Shown here in pieces: positions 63,332 to 64,000 of a stretch of DNA of 64,000 nucleotides. Source of the stretch: a virus; IMG/VR virus record IMGVR_UViG_3300020437_000004, positions 32,001-96,000 of that record. One strand, written 5' to 3'. The translations under genes were made by a program, and so were the position numbers. How positions within the stretch are numbered: position 1 is the first letter of the stretch; each line of letters opens with the position of its first letter. The notes beneath the pieces are model-generated. The model did not search any database, was not told the origin of the DNA, and saw only the letters and a program-made list of their open reading frames with translations.

Positions 63332-64000
63332 AACTAATCTTAGACATTACCTTCTTCACAGCAGGTTTTACAACCTTTAATAGTAATTCTGCTAAAGGTT
63401 TTGCTAATAGAGCAGAGGTTGTTGCAACTACAGCAATAGATGTAGTAGCCATTATTGCCCCTGCAGTGGGTATATTTCCAACAACTTGGTCAGGTATTGA
63501 CACCTTGACCTTTATAGGCACACATTCTATCTGTGTGCCATTTTTTATGAGTTTATACTCGACAATCTTTTGATCACCAGTTACTGTGCCTACTGGCTCC
63601 TTCGCTTCTTGGATCTCAGTAGGGCATTGCTGCTCCTCTTCTTTAGTTACACCACTTGTATCAGGCACTGGTGGAGGACCTGGCAATTCTGCCTCTGGGG
63701 GTGGTTGATATACAGGGACAGGTGGCTCATACTTATATTGTATTCTACTTGCGTCGTAATCTATAGGTGAAAATGATGGTACACCACTATCACATAAGAC
63801 CATATTACCGTCTTTATCATTCTTCCTCAACTCATCCTGCATCTTACCAGTGGTTGATTGCTCCTTATGATAGGTAACACAACCAGGTATATTAATAATA
63901 GGAGATCCTATCTGTTGGGTAATAGGATGAAGATTTGGAAGGGTCGTAGGCATATTGCGTAACCACTCAGGTGTATAAACCTGAGGGATTTCTCTTACAC
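63231..64000 (-). CDS. Pro-rich protein with C-terminal membrane anchor (5' end beyond the window)
   Basis: Frame stays open to the window edge (VREIPQVYTPEWLRNMPT..); EPPVPVYQPPPEAELPGPPPVP linker; TTSIAVVATTSALLA helix; basic tail. Confidence 0.7.
   Translation of the reverse strand, partial: VREIPQVYTPEWLRNMPTTLPNLHPITQQIGSPIINIPGCVTYHKEQSTTGKMQDELRKNDKDGNMVLCDSGVPSFSPIDYDASRIQYKYEPPVPVYQPPPEAELPGPPPVPDTSGVTKEEEQQCPTEIQEAKEPVGTVTGDQKIVEYKLIKNGTQIECVPIKVKVSIPDQVVGNIPTAGAIMATTSIAVVATTSALLAKPLAELLLKVVKPAVKKVMSKISSKGSHPRHLSLSERRTDRYRSKRGLPPLKRKLD

Noticed and set aside
1-64000. CRISPR array, integrase/transposase, or stop-codon reassignment
   Set aside because: No regularly spaced repeats and no mobile-element genes were seen; core genes translate full-length in the standard code.

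Overview
A 64-kb segment of a T4-like marine cyanomyovirus (Prochlorococcus/Synechococcus phage type); almost all genes are on the minus strand. In window order: (i) baseplate/tail module (gp5-like partial, gp27-like hub, two paralogous ~1,000-aa tape-measure-like proteins, gp51, gp26, gp54-like, gp2, gp4, gp48, gp53) with cpeT and cp12 inserted; (ii) gp32, gp33, a Cas4-like exonuclease, phoH, thyX and glutaredoxins; (iii) an accessory island with a small beta-strand outer-membrane-like protein, a flavin-dependent halogenase-like protein, a 1,462-aa structural protein, psbA with a PhotoRC-II-like leader (no psbD next to it), a peroxiredoxin, three hli genes, Fe(II)/2OG oxygenases, tRNA-Arg(UCU), talC and a manA-type RNA; (iv) a tandem glutamine-riboswitch-like locus in which the second aptamer copy has a complete 60-aa ORF inserted in its P2 loop, upstream of a DUF4278-like gene; (v) nrdAB, primase, head-associated hypotheticals, an HxGH nucleotidyltransferase, a ligase-motif (KxDG) protein, a PD-(D/E)xK nuclease, MazG, gp41, uvsX, gp43 and hsp20; (vi) a plus-strand operon of three signal-peptide proteins. 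Family and RNA-motif names come from recognising motifs by eye and need HMM/Infernal confirmation. Small ORFs not in the supplied track were translated by hand.
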